From Verrucomicrobiales bacterium (GTDB lineage Bacteria > Verrucomicrobiota > Verrucomicrobiia > Verrucomicrobiales > V1-33): a stretch of DNA of 28,345 nt. The DNA is taken from the NCBI GenBank assembly GCA_031411295.1, contig JANOAV010000103.1, positions 1 to 28,345 of the forward strand. Direction: 5' to 3'. Below the pieces are notes generated by a model that saw nothing but the letters and a program-made list of their open reading frames with translations, searched no databases and was not told the DNA's origin. A program made the position numbers and the translations under genes. Shown piece after piece: positions 26,131 to 28,345 of the stretch (positions within the stretch are counted from its first letter, which is position 1; every line of letters starts with the position of its first letter).

Positions 26131-27012
26131 CTATTTTGAGTCTTTGGTTGTCTCATTTTTAAACTTCGCAGTCAAAGAACTAAATAAATCAGGAATCAGC
26201 CGCTCGGAGAAGCCGGCCAGAAAACTCCAAACCAATAATTTGGAAAACTGTGTATGAAGGAAAATAACCGTGAACCAACCATTGTTCCCTGAGTTGTGGC
26301 ACTCCGGGAAGAGAACACCTGCAACAAGGCCGCCAGCAAATACAAGCGTAAGAAGGCAGGCAAAGACTGCTCCAACTAGCTGCAAAGAAAGTATCTCATA
26401 AATGCCGCGTCCTTTGATAGATTGGCCACCACTTCGAGTGACAATGCTCATGAGCGCCCCAAGGCCACCGAAAAGCGCTGAAGCCGAGAAAATCGCAACT
26501 CGTGTTAAAGAGAAAAAGCCTCGAGAGCTAGCATTGAGATACCACGGATTCTCCTTACTGGCAGGCACCATCGGTTCAGGCTTCGCTTCTTCCGTCAATT
26601 GCGGAGATTCCGTATCCTTCGACGCGTGCTCTTCGATCAAGAGTTGTTTGGCAGATTGGAAGGAGGCATCACCAATCAACGTCTGGAAGTCATTCACAAT
26701 TCCCTTCACGCTTTCCACGCTTAGGGGAGACTTAGAGTAAGTTTCAACTATGAAGTTGAGTCGTGCATCCGTCTTGTTCTTCTCGAAGAAATAGTCAAAA
26801 ACCTCCTTTTCGGTTGGGGCATAGACCGTCTTGCTGGGCTGCGAACTAACTGAGTAATTCCCTTCGCCAAAACTTCCGTGATCTTCGACTTCGGATGAGC
26901 TACTCCTGAATGAGTTAACAACAACAAAAAACATGAATGGAGTCCCCAATAGCAAGAGCAGTAGTATGCTGAGGGAGATCTGTCTGATCTCGTTTGGAAT
27001 ATCGATTTTCAT
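26131..27012 (-). CDS. Hypothetical membrane protein (first cassette of right array)
   Basis: N-terminal TM, a soluble domain, then LFGGLGALMS / GAVFACLL / SFLAGFSERL TM helices. Bounded by GTTCGCC (27034-27040) and TGCGAAC. Confidence 0.8.
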   Translation of the reverse strand: MKIDIPNEIRQISLSILLLLLLGTPFMFFVVVNSFRSSSSEVEDHGSFGEGNYSVSSQPSKTVYAPTEKEVFDYFFEKNKTDARLNFIVETYSKSPLSVESVKGIVNDFQTLIGDASFQSAKQLLIEEHASKDTESPQLTEEAKPEPMVPASKENPWYLNASSRGFFSLTRVAIFSASALFGGLGALMSIVTRSGGQSIKGRGIYEILSLQLVGAVFACLLTLVFAGGLVAGVLFPECHNSGNNGWFTVIFLHTQFSKLLVWSFLAGFSERLIPDLFSSLTAKFKNETTKDSK

Positions 27013-27033
27013 TGATGTTTCCCTTTTTGATTA

Positions 27034-27180
27034 GGCGAACATTCTACTTAGCCCCAAAGGCGTGTCGTAGTTTTTTGGGTGATAATACGACAAACGTGTC
27101 TGATATTTCTGCGACCTTCGGGGCGCAGCCGATCATTTGGGTGATATTACGACAACTATTGTTCATGGATACTACGACAT
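27034..27180 (-). other. attI-like head of right-hand array
   Basis: Minus strand GGGGCTAAGTAGAAT-GTTCGCC with no attC-type hairpin upstream. A 20-bp direct repeat TTTGGGTGATA(A/T)TACGACAA at 27074 and 27136; CGACA-N4-TGTCT at 27088. Confidence 0.65.
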
Positions 27181-27329
27181 GTTTCCCGTCAGGGTTGGCA
27201 GGGATTGCCAACGGCGGATACTATGGTAGGCGCTGCTGATTGGCAAGAGGTTTTCGGCTGGCTGAGGCATTTGAATCATGGGATAGGGTGGAGGTTTCAA
27301 AAGGCTGGGGTTGTGGGCCAAGATCTAAA

Positions 27330-27637
27330 GTCCTGTAAGGACGGGGCATCAAAGCCCAGGGTGGAGCGCAGCGTAACCCTGGGTATCCGCCACCATTCGA
27401 TCTAAGCCCTGTAAGGGCGGGACATGGGCAACACGCAGGGAACGCCCCGATCCCCCCCTCATCACGATGCATTGTCCCGCCCTTACAGGGCTCCTAGTCA
27501 TGTGGTGATGCTGTCCCAGGGTTACGCTGCGCTGCACCCTGGGCTTTGATGTTCCGTCCTTGCAGGACTTTTGGAGCTCGGGCCTTGGTGTTTTGCTGCG
27601 CTCCACCCTGGGCTTTGATGTGCCGTCCTTGCAGGAC
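27330..27637. repeat. REP doublet family 1 plus extra half unit
   Basis: Same four-part mirrored structure as 507-754 (27330-27568). A further unit at 27595-27637 abuts the transposase stop codon. Confidence 0.9.
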
Positions 27638-27639
27638 TT

Positions 27640-28089
27640 TTAATCCCAAACGTAGGCTTCGTCATAACTTACCCCGTATTTTGCCAATAACGTGCGGAAT
27701 TCTTCCTGGAATGTTTTGGTTTTGTGATGCTCCGCTTGGTTCTCAATATACGTTTCCACGGCTGCCACGTGAGCAGGGCTGATGGAAAATGCGCCATACC
27801 CGCCCTGCCAGGCAAAATCGGGGCATCGGCCATCCGCTTTCATCCACTTGGACGATTCCGTTTTGAGCGCCTTGACGGCATCGCTCATGGAAATGGTGCG
27901 GGACAGTCGGAACAAGAGATGCACATGGTCCGCCACTCCGCCGATCTTCTGTGAAGGGCAATTGATAGCCTTGCACGTTCCCGCCAAGTAAGCATGCAGG
28001 CGAGGCTGGACGTCTGATTTGATCACTGGTGCGCGATCCTTGGTGGAGAATACCAAATGGATATAAATTTGAGACAACGATTGAGCCAT
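27640..28089 (-). CDS. tnpA: IS200/IS605-family Y1 HUH transposase, REP-associated (RAYT-like)
   Basis: HLVFSTK, DHVH (HUH), K..SSKW, WQ.GYGAFS and YIENQ (catalytic Tyr) motifs. No tnpB; REP palindromes on both sides. Confidence 0.93.
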   Translation of the reverse strand: MAQSLSQIYIHLVFSTKDRAPVIKSDVQPRLHAYLAGTCKAINCPSQKIGGVADHVHLLFRLSRTISMSDAVKALKTESSKWMKADGRCPDFAWQGGYGAFSISPAHVAAVETYIENQAEHHKTKTFQEEFRTLLAKYGVSYDEAYVWD

Positions 28090-28134
28090 AAGTCAATTTC
28101 TCTAGCACAAGTTCGGGTGGTTGTCTCGGCATAT

Positions 28135-28345
28135 TTGCGGTGTCCTCCTCAGTGCTGCCGTCCCCCTCAGTCCTGCAAGGACGGGACATCAATACCCGGG
28201 ATCGAAAAATCCTGTAAGGACGACACATCAAAGCCCAGGGTGCAGCGCAGCGTACCCTGGGTCTGCGCGACATTTCGATCCCGGGTATTGATGTCCCGTC
28301 CTTGCAGGACTGAGGGGGACGGCAGCACTGAGGAGGACACCGCAA
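28135..28345. repeat. 73-bp perfect inverted repeat containing and enclosing family-1 REP units
   Basis: 28135-28207 is the exact reverse complement of 28273-28345, and the loop holds another REP unit (28210-28262). Confidence 0.85.

Noticed and set aside
507..28345. Whole window as one composite transposon bounded by REP doublets
   Set aside because: The interior is ordinary housekeeping DNA, no target duplication or defined ends are visible, and REPs are typically multicopy.

Overview
This is a GC-rich bacterial window, most likely Verrucomicrobiota; that assignment is inferred from gene style and repeat types and is not proven. A housekeeping core (~7.5-22.3 kb) carries two S9 peptidases, a UPF0126/TRIC membrane protein, an M14-type deacylase, DUF72, mutY, a HEXXH peptidase, queE, a PduO-type adenosyltransferase, a photolyase and a choice-of-anchor-Q surface protein. 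Two decayed integron-like regions bracket the core and face inward. The left region runs: REP doublet, truncated integron integrase (N-terminal domain only), then an attI-like module that recurs as a near-complete copy (6418-6573) and as partial copies (~3005, ~4062), each in front of different cassette-like genes. The right region is a minus-strand array with an attI-like head, one intact attC, several eroded attC remnants and defence-type cargo (HNH, TIR, HEPN-like, membrane proteins). An IS200/IS605-type HUH transposase (RAYT-like) with REP doublets sits where the integrase would normally be. No catalytically complete integrase is present in the window. Other features are a second REP family of the same architecture, a 42-bp-periodic palindrome array at the window start, and an OGG-fold glycosylase gene broken by one amber codon.
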